Origin: Bacteroidota bacterium
Lineage (GTDB): Bacteria; Bacteroidota; Bacteroidia; Bacteroidales; VadinHA17
Length of the DNA stretch: 64,000 nucleotides
Assembly (NCBI GenBank): GCA_043800695.1
Contig: JAZDMU010000053.1
Coordinates: 29,721 to 93,720, forward strand
Direction: 5' to 3'
In this document: positions 29,957 through 39,583 of the stretch, piece after piece
How the letters are laid out: the number at the start of each line of letters is the position of its first letter
Position numbering within the stretch: position 1 is the first letter of the stretch
Program-made: the position numbers and the translations under genes
Notes under the pieces: generated by a model
Seen by the model: only the letters and a program-made list of their open reading frames with translations
Told to the model about the DNA's origin: nothing
Databases searched by the model: none

Positions 29957-31078
29957 ATGGGAAATATTATTGTAAAAGAGGTAGTTACACGCCGTGACCT
30001 GCATGAATTTATTTATCTTCCGGAAAAGGTGCATAAGGATGAACCCAACTGGCTTCCTCCCATATACATGGATGAGCGCCTCCTGTTCAACAGGAGAAAG
30101 AACAAATCATATAAGTATGCTGATGCAATACTTTTACTTGCATTGAAAGATAATAAGCCTGCAGGCAGGATAATGGGTATCATCAATCGCAGGTATAATG
30201 ATATCAACAATGAACAGCACGGACGGTTTTGCTTCATGGAGTGCTATAACGACCCGGAAGTATTCCACGCTCTTATTGAATATGTTGAAAACTGGGCCAG
30301 GCAGAACGGAATGGTTAAGCTGGTAGGTCCGCTGGGGTTCTCTGACAAGGATCCCCAGGGGTTTCAGACCGAGGGGTTTGAGTATCCGCTGTTCATGACA
30401 GCTGCCAACAATTCGGTATATATGCCGCATTTAATTGAAGCTGAAGGATATGAAAAAAAGATTGACCTGGTAAATTACCTGGCTGCCATGCCGGCCGAAA
30501 TGCCTGAGATCTATCTTAAGGTCCTTTCCAGGGTTGAAAAGACTGAAGGGTACAGGATCGTTGAATTCAATTCCAAAAAAGAGCTTAAGCCATATATTAT
30601 TCCTGTGCTTGAGCTTATGAATCAGACTTTCGTTGAGATATATGGTTTTGTCCCGCTCAATGATAATGAGAAGACCGAATTCGCAAACAGGTATCTTCCT
30701 ATCCTTGATCCAAAGTTTATCAAGGTCGTGGAAAATAATGAAGGCCTCATTGGCTTTGCTATAGGCATGCCTGATGTCAGTCCTGGAATCCTTGCATGCA
30801 GGGGAAGGCTGCTTCCTTTCGGCATCCTGAAAGTGCTGAAGGAATCAAGGCGATCGAAAAAGCTCCTGATGATGCTGGGCGGCGTTAAGAAACCTTACCG
30901 CGGAAAGGGAATTGACGTGCTCATGGGAGTGAAAATACTACAATCGGGAATAAAACACAATATGGAAATCATAGACAGCCACCTTGTACTTGAAGACAAC
31001 ACCAGGATGAGAGCCGAATATGAAAGGGTCGGCGGAAAGGTGGTGAAAAGATTCCGGATCTATCAGAAAACACTGTAA
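29957..31078 (+). CDS. Putative GNAT-like acyltransferase (conserved hypothetical)
   Basis: 373 aa. The C-terminal LMMLGGVKKPYRGKGID resembles an acyl-CoA-binding GNAT motif. The assignment is weak. Confidence 0.45.
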   Translation: MGNIIVKEVVTRRDLHEFIYLPEKVHKDEPNWLPPIYMDERLLFNRRKNKSYKYADAILLLALKDNKPAGRIMGIINRRYNDINNEQHGRFCFMECYNDPEVFHALIEYVENWARQNGMVKLVGPLGFSDKDPQGFQTEGFEYPLFMTAANNSVYMPHLIEAEGYEKKIDLVNYLAAMPAEMPEIYLKVLSRVEKTEGYRIVEFNSKKELKPYIIPVLELMNQTFVEIYGFVPLNDNEKTEFANRYLPILDPKFIKVVENNEGLIGFAIGMPDVSPGILACRGRLLPFGILKVLKESRRSKKLLMMLGGVKKPYRGKGIDVLMGVKILQSGIKHNMEIIDSHLVLEDNTRMRAEYERVGGKVVKRFRIYQKTL

Positions 31079-31084
31079 GGATAT

Positions 31085-31140
31085 AAGGCGTTAGGGCGTT
31101 AGGGCCGTAAAGCCTCAATGCCTTATAGCCCTAATGCCTT
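31085..31140. terminator. Octamer-phased imperfect hairpin between convergent genes
   Basis: AAGGCGTTAGGGCGTTAGGGC..GCCTTATAGCCCTAATGCCTT. The arms are roughly complementary with period 8. Confidence 0.7.
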
Positions 31141-32805
31141 TTAAAATCTGAATACAAACGAGAAGCCCAGCAGTTCCTTGAACTGTATCCTTGCCGTAGT
31201 TTTTTGTTTGCCTGTTACAGGGTCTATAACCGGCTGGTTCTCATCATCAAAGACAGGTGTCTTGGTATCATCATCAAAGATAAGGTGTGTATTGAACCGG
31301 ACATCTGTGAACCAGTTAAGTGCAGCTGTCACGATCATCTCCCAATCAACATCAATATTCTGGGGGTTGTTGATATAGTTTGTGAACAGCTGAAGCCTGT
31401 TTGTAACTGTAACCGTCTTCAGTGGTTTGAATTCATTCGTAAACATAAAACTCAATCCGGGTTCGTTCTTTGTCTTTTTATCAGCTGCAACGCCATATTT
31501 GGTCTGATCGATCATGGCTGTATCGGGCACGAAGGTCCCTTTGTATGAGATTGGTGAAAAGTTGATCGAAGTTTTCTTGTTAGGCTTGTAATCAAGTCCG
31601 ATACCGGCAGTAAGTATCGCAGGATTGAAAAATTTGGATACAAGCACAGTATCCGTCCTGGTATAACTTTTTCCGTTTGCGACCTGGGTTTTGAACAAAA
31701 GAACACCGCTGATGTCAAACTTGCCGAAAGCTTTATGATTGAGTTTGGAGTTTGTTTCAAGAAGGTCGATATTCTTTCTCAAGTCATTATCACCGCTCTT
31801 CAGGAGTCCGAATTTTATCCTGGCAAAATTATTGGATGATAACTTGAGATCCTTATTAGTATAATCGGCATAACCTGTTACATCAGTTGAAACGGAAATA
31901 CTGCTCTCCCCTCCCTTTACCCAGTTCGATACAGCTCCCTGGTTCAGGGCAAAATTTGCCTCTGTGCGGTACTTCCAGAATTGTGACCGTACCGGTATTG
32001 CTTTCACCTCCAGAAGGGTGGATTTGTCCACCTCCTGCACCTCGATTCTTGCATCAGAGTAGTATCCCTGCCTGACGGGCCTCCTGAAATTAACACCCTG
32101 CTCGATGTAGAGCCCGAGCGTGTTTCTTGATGGGGCACCGATCCAGACAGTTATCGAATCTCCCAGTTCGTTCCTTAACCAGTAACGCTTCATCACATCT
32201 GCCCGTGAATTTAGCCAGACATGCGTCACAGCATCACCAAGACCGGTTACGTTTATAATGCTTGAATCACCGGCTTCAACGAAGTCCATAAGAGTTCTTA
32301 CTGCCACCCTGACAGAATCACCCTGGAATGGAGTATTGTAATGTCTGAACGGGAATCCGGGTGAACCGGAAACAACTTCCTGCAGGGTATCAATGACAAC
32401 AAGTACAGCCGTGTCTTCCAGCCTCAGAGGTTCCCGGATATTGAACTTGTCCCATGGAATATTCAGTGAGTCAAATTCGTAATTTTTCAGATATATTTCT
32501 GATGAATCATACGGAGGATATGAAGCTTCGTATATTAGCTGTCCAATTGCATATCTCAGCGGGTCGCTGGTGTTTTTCCAGTTTTGCTTCTGATACTTAT
32601 CCTGAAGATACTCTATTGCCTGTCCGGTACTGAGTTGTATATCCGGGGAGTGAGGCAGTTCGTTAATAATCACTCCGCTGCTTCTCAACGAATCCATTAT
32701 CATCCCTAACCTGACTGACCGGATTGTATCCTCTTGAGAAATACCTGGAATCGTAAAACTCATTAAAAGAATCAATGAAAGATAACTGGTTGACCATTTC
32801 TTCAT
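31141..32805 (-). CDS. Outer-membrane beta-barrel protein (DUF3078-like)
   Basis: Signal peptide, alternating beta-strand pattern in the C-terminal half, terminal ..GFSFVFRF. Confidence 0.5.
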   Translation of the reverse strand: MKKWSTSYLSLILLMSFTIPGISQEDTIRSVRLGMIMDSLRSSGVIINELPHSPDIQLSTGQAIEYLQDKYQKQNWKNTSDPLRYAIGQLIYEASYPPYDSSEIYLKNYEFDSLNIPWDKFNIREPLRLEDTAVLVVIDTLQEVVSGSPGFPFRHYNTPFQGDSVRVAVRTLMDFVEAGDSSIINVTGLGDAVTHVWLNSRADVMKRYWLRNELGDSITVWIGAPSRNTLGLYIEQGVNFRRPVRQGYYSDARIEVQEVDKSTLLEVKAIPVRSQFWKYRTEANFALNQGAVSNWVKGGESSISVSTDVTGYADYTNKDLKLSSNNFARIKFGLLKSGDNDLRKNIDLLETNSKLNHKAFGKFDISGVLLFKTQVANGKSYTRTDTVLVSKFFNPAILTAGIGLDYKPNKKTSINFSPISYKGTFVPDTAMIDQTKYGVAADKKTKNEPGLSFMFTNEFKPLKTVTVTNRLQLFTNYINNPQNIDVDWEMIVTAALNWFTDVRFNTHLIFDDDTKTPVFDDENQPVIDPVTGKQKTTARIQFKELLGFSFVFRF

Positions 32806-33057
32806 GACGCTCTGTTTTTTCGCATTAAATTCCCTGATTAAGATATTATAAAATACTTTATTTTTACATTATTATTGCCTGCTGATAATGTTCAGGATAT
32901 TGCAAACGGAAAATCACCCATTTGATATATACAAAAATATCAAAAACAGGGATTCTTTTGTTCTCTGATAATACTTTCAGAATATGTAGTAATGGCGATG
33001 CATGCATCGCCGCTACCAATAATCACACATCATAATTAACCGAATACACTACTAATA

Positions 33058-34443
33058 ATGGAACTACCAGCATTTGAGCCATTCAAGATAAAAATGGTTG
33101 AACCCATTTACAACAGCTCCCGCGGGCAGAGGGAAAAATGGATCGAAGAGGCAAAATACAATCTCTTTAACCTCCGTTCCGATCAGGTGGTCATTGACCT
33201 TCTGACAGATTCCGGCACCGGCGCAATGAGCGACAGACAGTGGTCGGCAATGATGACCGGCGATGAGAGCTATGCCGGTGCATCATCATTTTATAACCTT
33301 AAAAATGCGATCAGTGAAATAACCGGTTTTGAATATTTTCTGCCTGCACACCAGGGCCGGGCGGCCGAAAATGTTCTCTTTTCGGCGCTGGTCAGGGAGG
33401 GGGATCTTGTCCCCGGAAATTCACATTTTGATACCACAAAAGGACATATTGAATTGCGGAAGGCCATACCGGTTGACTGTACAGTTGACATTGCCAGGGA
33501 TCTGACTGTATGGAACCCGTTCAAGGGAAATGTCGATCTGGAAAAGCTCGAAAATGTACTTAAAAACAATCCGGCTGAAAAGATAGCCTGCATAATCGTT
33601 ACGATCACTAACAACACCTGCGGCGGACAGCCTGTCAGCATGGAGAATATCCGAGGGGTCAGCCGGCTGGCCCGTAAATACGGTGTTAAATTCTTCCTCG
33701 ATTCGGCCAGGTTTGCCGAAAATGCATGGTTCATCAAAACCAGGGAAGAAGGGTATTCCGGTAAAAGCATCAGGGAGATAGCGCGTGAAATATTCTCCTA
33801 TGCTGACGGTATGACGATGAGTTCAAAAAAAGATGCTATCGTCAACATGGGCGGCTTCACGGCATACAGGGATGAAGAGCTTTTCCGTAAAGCATCAGCA
33901 TATAATATAATTTATGAAGGATTCATAACTTATGGCGGGATGTCGGGACGCGACATGAACGCGCTTGCCCGGGGATTATATGAGGGGACAGAAGAGGAGT
34001 ACCTCGCATCGCGGATCGGGCAGGTGGCATACCTGGGAACAAGGATGAAGGAGCATGGCATCCCGGTACTGGAGCCGTTTGGAGGACATGCTGTGTTCGT
34101 TGACGCAAAGAGATTCCTCCCGTCGGTGCCGGATGAGGAGTTTCCCGGACAGGCCCTGGCAGTTGAGCTCTATATTGAAGGAGGCATAAGAAGCGCCGAG
34201 ATCGGTGCACTGATGGCAGACAGGGACCCCGTAACCCGACTGAACAGATTCAGCGGCGTGGAGCTTGTAAGGTTGGCAGTGCCCCGAAGAGTTTACACGA
34301 ATAACCACATGGATTATGTTGCAGCAGCTGCAGGAAATGTATATGAAAGGAAGGATTCTGTAAGGAACGGCCTCCAGATAATAAAGGAAGCTCCCATACT
34401 GAGGCATTTCACCGTTGAACTCGGAAGGGTACACCGAGGTTGA
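33058..34443 (+). CDS. Beta-eliminating lyase (tryptophanase / tyrosine phenol-lyase family), PLP-dependent
   Basis: FEPFKIKMVEPI.., DLLTDSGTGAMS, and the PLP-Lys block MSSKKDAIVNMGGF. I cannot separate Trp from Tyr specificity by eye. Confidence 0.85.
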   Translation: MELPAFEPFKIKMVEPIYNSSRGQREKWIEEAKYNLFNLRSDQVVIDLLTDSGTGAMSDRQWSAMMTGDESYAGASSFYNLKNAISEITGFEYFLPAHQGRAAENVLFSALVREGDLVPGNSHFDTTKGHIELRKAIPVDCTVDIARDLTVWNPFKGNVDLEKLENVLKNNPAEKIACIIVTITNNTCGGQPVSMENIRGVSRLARKYGVKFFLDSARFAENAWFIKTREEGYSGKSIREIAREIFSYADGMTMSSKKDAIVNMGGFTAYRDEELFRKASAYNIIYEGFITYGGMSGRDMNALARGLYEGTEEEYLASRIGQVAYLGTRMKEHGIPVLEPFGGHAVFVDAKRFLPSVPDEEFPGQALAVELYIEGGIRSAEIGALMADRDPVTRLNRFSGVELVRLAVPRRVYTNNHMDYVAAAAGNVYERKDSVRNGLQIIKEAPILRHFTVELGRVHRG

Positions 34444-34495
34444 TAAATACGGAGGGAATTCGTAACTTTCAGTTTTACATTCAACACCACAGGAG

Positions 34496-35371
34496 ATGAT
34501 AAAATCAATGACCGGCTTCGGAAAATCATTTGCAGAGATCCCCGGGAAAAAGGTGACTATCGAAATAAAATCGCTTAACTCCAAATCACTTGACCTGAAT
34601 CTGAGGCTCCCCTGGCTATATAAAGAGAAGGAATCTGAAATCAGGAACCTGTTAAGCCAGAAACTCGACAGGGGGAAAATAGATCTGTCCGTAAACTTTG
34701 ATGTGCTTGATTCTGAAATAGTTCCGGTGATAAACAAAGGTGTCGTGAAAGATTATTTCAATCAGCTGACCGCGATAGCCGGCGAACTTAACATCAAGGC
34801 AGACGACCAGCTGCTGGGAGTGATAATGCGCCTGCCTGACGCTCTCAAAACGGAAAAACCGGAGCTTGAAGAAGAAGAATGGAAGGTTGTCCGGGATAAG
34901 ATACTTGAGTCAGCAGAACGGCTCGATCATTACAGGATCGAGGAAGGAAAATCGCTGGGTGCAGACATGGGAAGATGCATTGATAAAATTCAGAAACTCC
35001 TGGCAGATATCGAAAAATTTGAAGGAGAGCGGATAACCAGGATAAGGGAGAGGCTCAATAAATCGCTGCTCGACAATGTTGGCTCAGAGAATATCGATAT
35101 GAACAGGTTTGAGCAGGAGCTCATCTTCTACCTTGAAAAGATGGATATCAACGAAGAGAAGGTAAGGTTAAGCAAGCATTGCGAATATTTTATGGAAAAG
35201 ACCTCATCAGAACCGCCAAACGGTAAAATTCTCAGCTTCATAGCCCAGGAGATAGGGCGGGAGATCAACACCATCGGCTCAAAAGCCAACGACGCATCTA
35301 TCCAGAAGCTTGTGGTGATGATGAAGGATGAATTAGAAAAAATAAAAGAACAAACTCTGAATGTATTATAG
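34496..35371 (+). CDS. yicC: YicC-family stress-induced protein
   Basis: MIKSMTGFGK.. start and C-terminal EIGREINTIGSKAND motif. Confidence 0.85.
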   Translation: MIKSMTGFGKSFAEIPGKKVTIEIKSLNSKSLDLNLRLPWLYKEKESEIRNLLSQKLDRGKIDLSVNFDVLDSEIVPVINKGVVKDYFNQLTAIAGELNIKADDQLLGVIMRLPDALKTEKPELEEEEWKVVRDKILESAERLDHYRIEEGKSLGADMGRCIDKIQKLLADIEKFEGERITRIRERLNKSLLDNVGSENIDMNRFEQELIFYLEKMDINEEKVRLSKHCEYFMEKTSSEPPNGKILSFIAQEIGREINTIGSKANDASIQKLVVMMKDELEKIKEQTLNVL

Positions 35372-35382
35372 AAAAAATATCT

Positions 35383-35448
35383 CGCCGCAAAGACGCGAAG
35401 ACGCAAAGATGAACACTTTTATTTCTTAGCGACTTAGCGCCTTCGTGG
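35383..35448. repeat. Paired short-period arrays (AAGACGC-type, then CTTAGCG-type)
   Basis: cgccgcaaagacgcgaagacgcaaag ... cttagcgacttagcgccttcgtgg, between yicC and gmk. Confidence 0.6.
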
Positions 35449-35466
35449 CAATATATTTTATTATAA

Positions 35467-36033
35467 ATGAAAGGTAAACTTATTATAATATCTGCACCAT
35501 CGGGAGCCGGGAAGTCGACAATAATCAGGCATCTTCTCGATAGCGGGATCAACCTTGAGTTTTCCGTTTCAGCAACAACAAGGGCTCCCCGGGGCAGCGA
35601 AAAAAACGGGAAGGAGTATTATTTTTTCTCTCTTGAAGAATTCAGCAAAGGAATTGAAGATGAATGTTTTATTGAATGGGAAGAGGTATATAAAGATCAG
35701 CTGTACGGCACAATGAAAAGCGAGATCAAAAGGATATGGGATAACGGGAACCATGTGCTTTTTGATGTGGATGTCAAAGGCGGAATCAACCTGAAGGACA
35801 TTTTCAAAAAAGAAGCCATATCCATCTTCATCATGCCACCTTCAATAAAGGAACTTGAGATCAGGCTTATGAGAAGGGGAACAGATGACAGGCAGAAGAT
35901 AAAAATGAGGGTGGCGAAAGCTGAACAGGAAATGAAGCTGGCCAATCAGTTTGATAACATTGTAATTAACGATAACCTGGAACAGGCAAAAAGCGAGATA
36001 TATAATATAGTGTATAGTTTTATAAGAACATGA
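35467..36033 (+). CDS. gmk: Guanylate kinase
   Basis: P-loop SAPSGAGKST and the TTRAPRGSE motif. Confidence 0.95.
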   Translation: MKGKLIIISAPSGAGKSTIIRHLLDSGINLEFSVSATTRAPRGSEKNGKEYYFFSLEEFSKGIEDECFIEWEEVYKDQLYGTMKSEIKRIWDNGNHVLFDVDVKGGINLKDIFKKEAISIFIMPPSIKELEIRLMRRGTDDRQKIKMRVAKAEQEMKLANQFDNIVINDNLEQAKSEIYNIVYSFIRT

Positions 36034-36042
36034 AGTTTTAAA

Positions 36043-36137
36043 CCTTTGTTCTCTTAGTGTGTACTTTGTGCTCTTAGTGGTTAATCTTTTTTTTACCACA
36101 AAGAGCACTAAGGTAAATCACAAAGGAACACAAAGGG
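36043..36137. repeat. Long imperfect hairpin built from CTTTGTG/CTCTTAGTG-type units
   Basis: ..ctttgtgctcttagtggt-taatctttttttt-accacaaagagcactaagg.. The stem has a 2-nt mismatch and is flanked by further cacaaagg units. Confidence 0.75.
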
Positions 36138-36153
36138 AAAACCATATTAACTA

Positions 36154-36750
36154 ATGGTTAGCATTGGATTATATTTCGGTTCATTCAATCCCATTCATAT
36201 AGGGCATATTGCCATTGCCGGATACATGCTCGAGTTTGCCGGACTTGAAGAGATATGGTTTGTTGTAAGCCCGCATAATCCTCTTAAAAAGAAAGAGACT
36301 CTTCTCGACAACTACCAGCGCCTTCACATGGTCAACCTTGCTACAGGCGGGAATGACAGGCTGAAAGCATCGGATATCGAATTCAGGCTTCCGGTTCCCT
36401 CGTACACCATTGACACGCTTGCATATCTTGAAGAAAAAAATCCCAGATACAGGTTTTCTCTTGTAATGGGTGAAGATAATCTCTACACCCTGCACAAATG
36501 GAAGAATGCAGCTGAGCTGGCAACGAAGTGCCCGATAATCGTATATCCGCGTCCTCATACAAGAAAGCCTTCCAGTCCTGTCCTTGACCAGATACTTGCA
36601 TCAGCTGATATTTCAGTTGTGAAGGCTCCCTTCATGGATATCTCAGGCACTTTCATCCGTGACGGGATCAGAAAAGGCAAGGATATGTCGTATTTCCTTC
36701 CTGCACCGGTGTGGAAGTATATTGAGGAAATGCATTTCTATCAAAAATAG
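36154..36750 (+). CDS. nadD: Nicotinate-nucleotide adenylyltransferase
   Basis: GLYFGSFNPIHIGHIAIA (HxGH) and ISGTFIRD (ISST-like) motifs. Confidence 0.9.
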   Translation: MVSIGLYFGSFNPIHIGHIAIAGYMLEFAGLEEIWFVVSPHNPLKKKETLLDNYQRLHMVNLATGGNDRLKASDIEFRLPVPSYTIDTLAYLEEKNPRYRFSLVMGEDNLYTLHKWKNAAELATKCPIIVYPRPHTRKPSSPVLDQILASADISVVKAPFMDISGTFIRDGIRKGKDMSYFLPAPVWKYIEEMHFYQK

Positions 36751-36897
36751 GTCATGCAGTCTTGCAGTCATGGATTCATGGAGTCACGCAATCTTGTAGT
36801 CTTGTAGTCTTGTTGTTGTATTGCTTTTCGGTTTTGCGACTTTACAGACTCTATGGACTTTATGGACTTTCAGACTTTCAGACTTTCAGACTTTCAT
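36751..36897. repeat. ~147-bp octamer-phased degenerate tandem array
   Basis: gtcatgca gtcttgca gtcatgga ttcatgga gtcacgca atcttgta gtcttgta gtcttgtt ... ggacttta tggacttt cagacttt cagacttt cagacttt ca. It fills the nadD / OFOR-gamma convergent gap and supplies the last codons of the gamma subunit. Confidence 0.85.
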
Positions 36898-37428
36898 TAT
36901 TATCTCCAGCCCCCTCTTCAGCGCCTCCTCGTTTATGGCAATGAGGTTATGATATCTTTCAGGAAGAGACTTTTTCAGTCCTTTAATGACATTCTCCATT
37001 TTTATTATCGGTTTGACTTTAAGGAACCCGCCGAGCACGATCATGTTAAATATCTTCGAGTTGCCCATTTTCCCGGCCTCTTCTGCCGCATCAACACGGT
37101 AAATAGTAATATCCTTCCTCTCCGGATGCCTTGTTATCCCGTTGCTGTCGTAGATAAGTATGCCTCCTGGTTTTACCGTATTCTCAAATTTATCGAGTGA
37201 CTGCTGGTTAAGTATTATTGCAGTATCGAAATGCCTGACTATCGGAGAGCTTATCCGGTCGCTGCTCAGGATCACGATCACATTGGCCGTACCACCCCGC
37301 ATCTCCGGCCCGTACGACGGCATCCAGCTCACCTCCATATCCTGCATCAGCGCTGAGTAGGCCATTATTTTCCCCATCGAAAGGACTCCCTGTCCCCCGA
37401 ATCCGGCTATGATGATTTCTTCATTCAT
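36886..37428 (-). CDS. 2-oxoacid:ferredoxin oxidoreductase, gamma subunit
   Basis: IIIAGFGGQGVLSMGKI..SYGPEMRGG motif. Last gene of the delta-alpha-beta-gamma string. Confidence 0.9.
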   Translation of the reverse strand: MNEEIIIAGFGGQGVLSMGKIMAYSALMQDMEVSWMPSYGPEMRGGTANVIVILSSDRISSPIVRHFDTAIILNQQSLDKFENTVKPGGILIYDSNGITRHPERKDITIYRVDAAEEAGKMGNSKIFNMIVLGGFLKVKPIIKMENVIKGLKKSLPERYHNLIAINEEALKRGLEIIMKV

Positions 37429-37450
37429 GGTTTCGATATTTCAGTTTAAA

Positions 37451-38239
37451 CTAGGCAGGCTTTTCTTCAGGAGTCTTCAAATCTCCCAGAGGATAGTATT
37501 TAAGCATGTTCTCCTCGAGCCACTTGTTTGACTGGGTCGGTGTCATCTTCCAGTTTGAGGGGCAGTTGGATACTATTTCAACAAAGCAGGTTCCCTTCTT
37601 CAGCTTCTGATACTGAACCGCCTTTCTCATTGCCTTCTTGGTTTTCCGCACATTTGCCGGAGTATGGACACTTTGCCTGGTAACATAATATGTTCCCGGA
37701 AGTGTAGCAACTATATCAGTCATTTTCAGAGGATTACCCATCTCTGCCACATCCCTGCCGTAAGGTGAAGTGGAGGACTTCATTCCCGGCAGTGTCGTGG
37801 GAGCCATCTGTCCGCCGGTCATGCCGTATATACCGTTGTTAATGAAGATTATCAGAATGTTCTCACCGCGGTTACATGAATGTATTGTCTCTGCCGTTCC
37901 TATTGCAGCCAGGTCGCCGTCGCCCTGGTATGTAAATACGAACTTTTCGGGCAGAAGGCGCTTGATCCCTGTTGCGACTGCTGGCGCCCTTCCGTGAGCA
38001 GCCTCCTGCCAGTCAATGTCAAGGAAATTATATAATAAAACCGAGCATCCGACAGGGCATACTCCGATGGTTTCAGACTGCAGCCCCTCTTCCTCTATAA
38101 TCTCTGCAAGTATGCGATGAGCAGTACCATGACCGCATCCCGGACAATAAGAGAGCACATTGTCGGTCATGATCTTTGTCTTCCTGTAAACCAGGTTTTC
38201 AGGTTTAATGATTTCTTTTATCCCGGTAACTTCAGCCAT
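37451..38239 (-). CDS. 2-oxoacid:ferredoxin oxidoreductase, beta (TPP-binding) subunit
   Basis: CPGCGHG.., GDGDLAAIG TPP motif, INNGIYGMTGGQ. Confidence 0.9.
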   Translation of the reverse strand: MAEVTGIKEIIKPENLVYRKTKIMTDNVLSYCPGCGHGTAHRILAEIIEEEGLQSETIGVCPVGCSVLLYNFLDIDWQEAAHGRAPAVATGIKRLLPEKFVFTYQGDGDLAAIGTAETIHSCNRGENILIIFINNGIYGMTGGQMAPTTLPGMKSSTSPYGRDVAEMGNPLKMTDIVATLPGTYYVTRQSVHTPANVRKTKKAMRKAVQYQKLKKGTCFVEIVSNCPSNWKMTPTQSNKWLEENMLKYYPLGDLKTPEEKPA

Positions 38240-38257
38240 TTCCTAACCTCCTGAGAT

Positions 38258-39340
38258 TTATGATTTATGATTTATGATTCTTGATTTAAGATTTTCGACT
38301 ACTTCGTCGGGAGCGGTTACAATTCCTCCCATCCTACCGAAGTGATATACAGGCACTTTGCCATTTACTGCCAGCATCACATCCTCAACCATCTGGCCAG
38401 CACTCATTTCCACCGACAACATGAGTTTCACCCTTCCGGCCAGTTCCGCCACTCTTTTTGACGGGAACGGGAAAAGGGTTATAGGCCTGAGCAGACCTGC
38501 TTTTATTCCCTGCCCACGTGCAAGCTGAACTGATTTCTGGCATACGCGGGCGCTGGTACCATACGCTACAAAAAGGTATTCGGCATCGTCACACTGGAAT
38601 TCCTCGTATCTCACCTCCTTTTCCCTTATTTCGTTATACTTGGCAACCAGCTTCTGGTTAAAGACCTCCTGTGCATTGGGGTCGAGATCGAGCGATGTGA
38701 TGATATTGCGTTCCCTTGTCGGAAGTTTTCCGACTGTTGCCCATTCCGGGACTATTTTCGATCTTTCTTTCCTGGGGCTCAGCCACACTTTTTCCATCAT
38801 CTGCCCGATGGCTCCATCGGAGAGGATCATTGCCGGATTACGGTATTTAAATGCCAGGTCAAATCCAAGTTCAACAAAGTCGGCCATCTCCTGCACCGAA
38901 GCCGGTGCCAGCACAATAAGGTGATAGTCGCCATGACCCCCTCCCTTGGTTGCCTGGAAATAATCCGACTGGGCAGGCTGGATCGTTCCCAGCCCGGGTC
39001 CACCCCTGACCACATTTACAATAAGACAAGGAAGCTCTGCTCCGGCAATATAGGATATGCCCTCCTGTTTAAGGCTTATACCCGGCGATGAGGATGAGGT
39101 CATCACCTTCTTGCCGCACGCGGCGCCTCCGTATACCATGTTTATTGCAGCAACTTCGCTTTCAGCCTGGAGCACTACCATCCCGGTCGTTTTCACCGGG
39201 TTTGCCTCCATGAGGTATTCAAGTACCTCGCTCTGGGGTGTTATCGGGTAGCCGAAATAGCCGTCGGTTCCTGCGCGTATTGCAGCCTCTGCGATAGCCT
39301 CGTTGCCTTTCATCAGTTTCAGTTCCTTTTCCATCGCCAT
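38258..39340 (-). CDS. 2-oxoacid:ferredoxin oxidoreductase, alpha subunit
   Basis: MKGNEAIAEAAIRAG..YPITPQSE. The C-terminal ..SRIINHKS is encoded by an ATTTATG heptamer array (38257-38295). Confidence 0.9.
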   Translation of the reverse strand: MAMEKELKLMKGNEAIAEAAIRAGTDGYFGYPITPQSEVLEYLMEANPVKTTGMVVLQAESEVAAINMVYGGAACGKKVMTSSSSPGISLKQEGISYIAGAELPCLIVNVVRGGPGLGTIQPAQSDYFQATKGGGHGDYHLIVLAPASVQEMADFVELGFDLAFKYRNPAMILSDGAIGQMMEKVWLSPRKERSKIVPEWATVGKLPTRERNIITSLDLDPNAQEVFNQKLVAKYNEIREKEVRYEEFQCDDAEYLFVAYGTSARVCQKSVQLARGQGIKAGLLRPITLFPFPSKRVAELAGRVKLMLSVEMSAGQMVEDVMLAVNGKVPVYHFGRMGGIVTAPDEVVENLKSRIINHKS

Positions 39341-39341
39341 G

Positions 39342-39566
39342 CTATATTTTTGTTTTATAAACAGTTATTACACCATCGGGACAAACAATTGCACAACTTG
39401 CGCATCCGATGCACAGGTCGGGGTTTGCCGGATATGCATAGAAGTATCCTTTGTGGTTCACCTCCTTTGCCATGGCAATCGTTCCGGTCGGGCATGACAC
39501 CATGCATACCTCGCATCCCTTGCACCGGTCAATGTTAACGACTATGCTTCCTCTGATCTTTGCCAT
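39342..39566 (-). CDS. 2-oxoacid:ferredoxin oxidoreductase, delta subunit (2x[4Fe-4S] ferredoxin)
   Basis: CKGCEVCMVSCP and CIGCASCAIVCP. Confidence 0.9.
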   Translation of the reverse strand: MAKIRGSIVVNIDRCKGCEVCMVSCPTGTIAMAKEVNHKGYFYAYPANPDLCIGCASCAIVCPDGVITVYKTKI

Positions 39567-39583
39567 ATCAATACTTTTAAATT

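Noticed and set aside
32960-33057. A possible tnaC-like leader upstream of the beta-eliminating lyase: the perfect 18-bp palindrome GGCGATGCATGCATCGCC (32993-33010) overlaps a 15-codon mini-ORF (MAMHASPLPIITHHN).
   Set aside because: The mini-ORF has no Trp or Tyr codon, and it lacks the features of the enterobacterial TnaC mechanism. Bacteroidota use of such leaders is not established. It is probably just a hairpin.
141-34737. Long antisense or shadow ORFs inside strong genes, for example 141-494, 1140-1601, 1866-2588, 3160-3885, 3524-4075, 26070-26531, 26574-27074 and 33976-34737.
   Set aside because: Each lies opposite or out of frame to a gene with clear family motifs and has Ser/Arg/Cys-rich shadow composition. 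I recognised no independent motif in any of them.
36762-37200. The ORFs 36762-36944 and 36853-37200 on the + strand.
   Set aside because: The first is a translation of the octamer array. The second is antisense to the well-supported OFOR gamma subunit.
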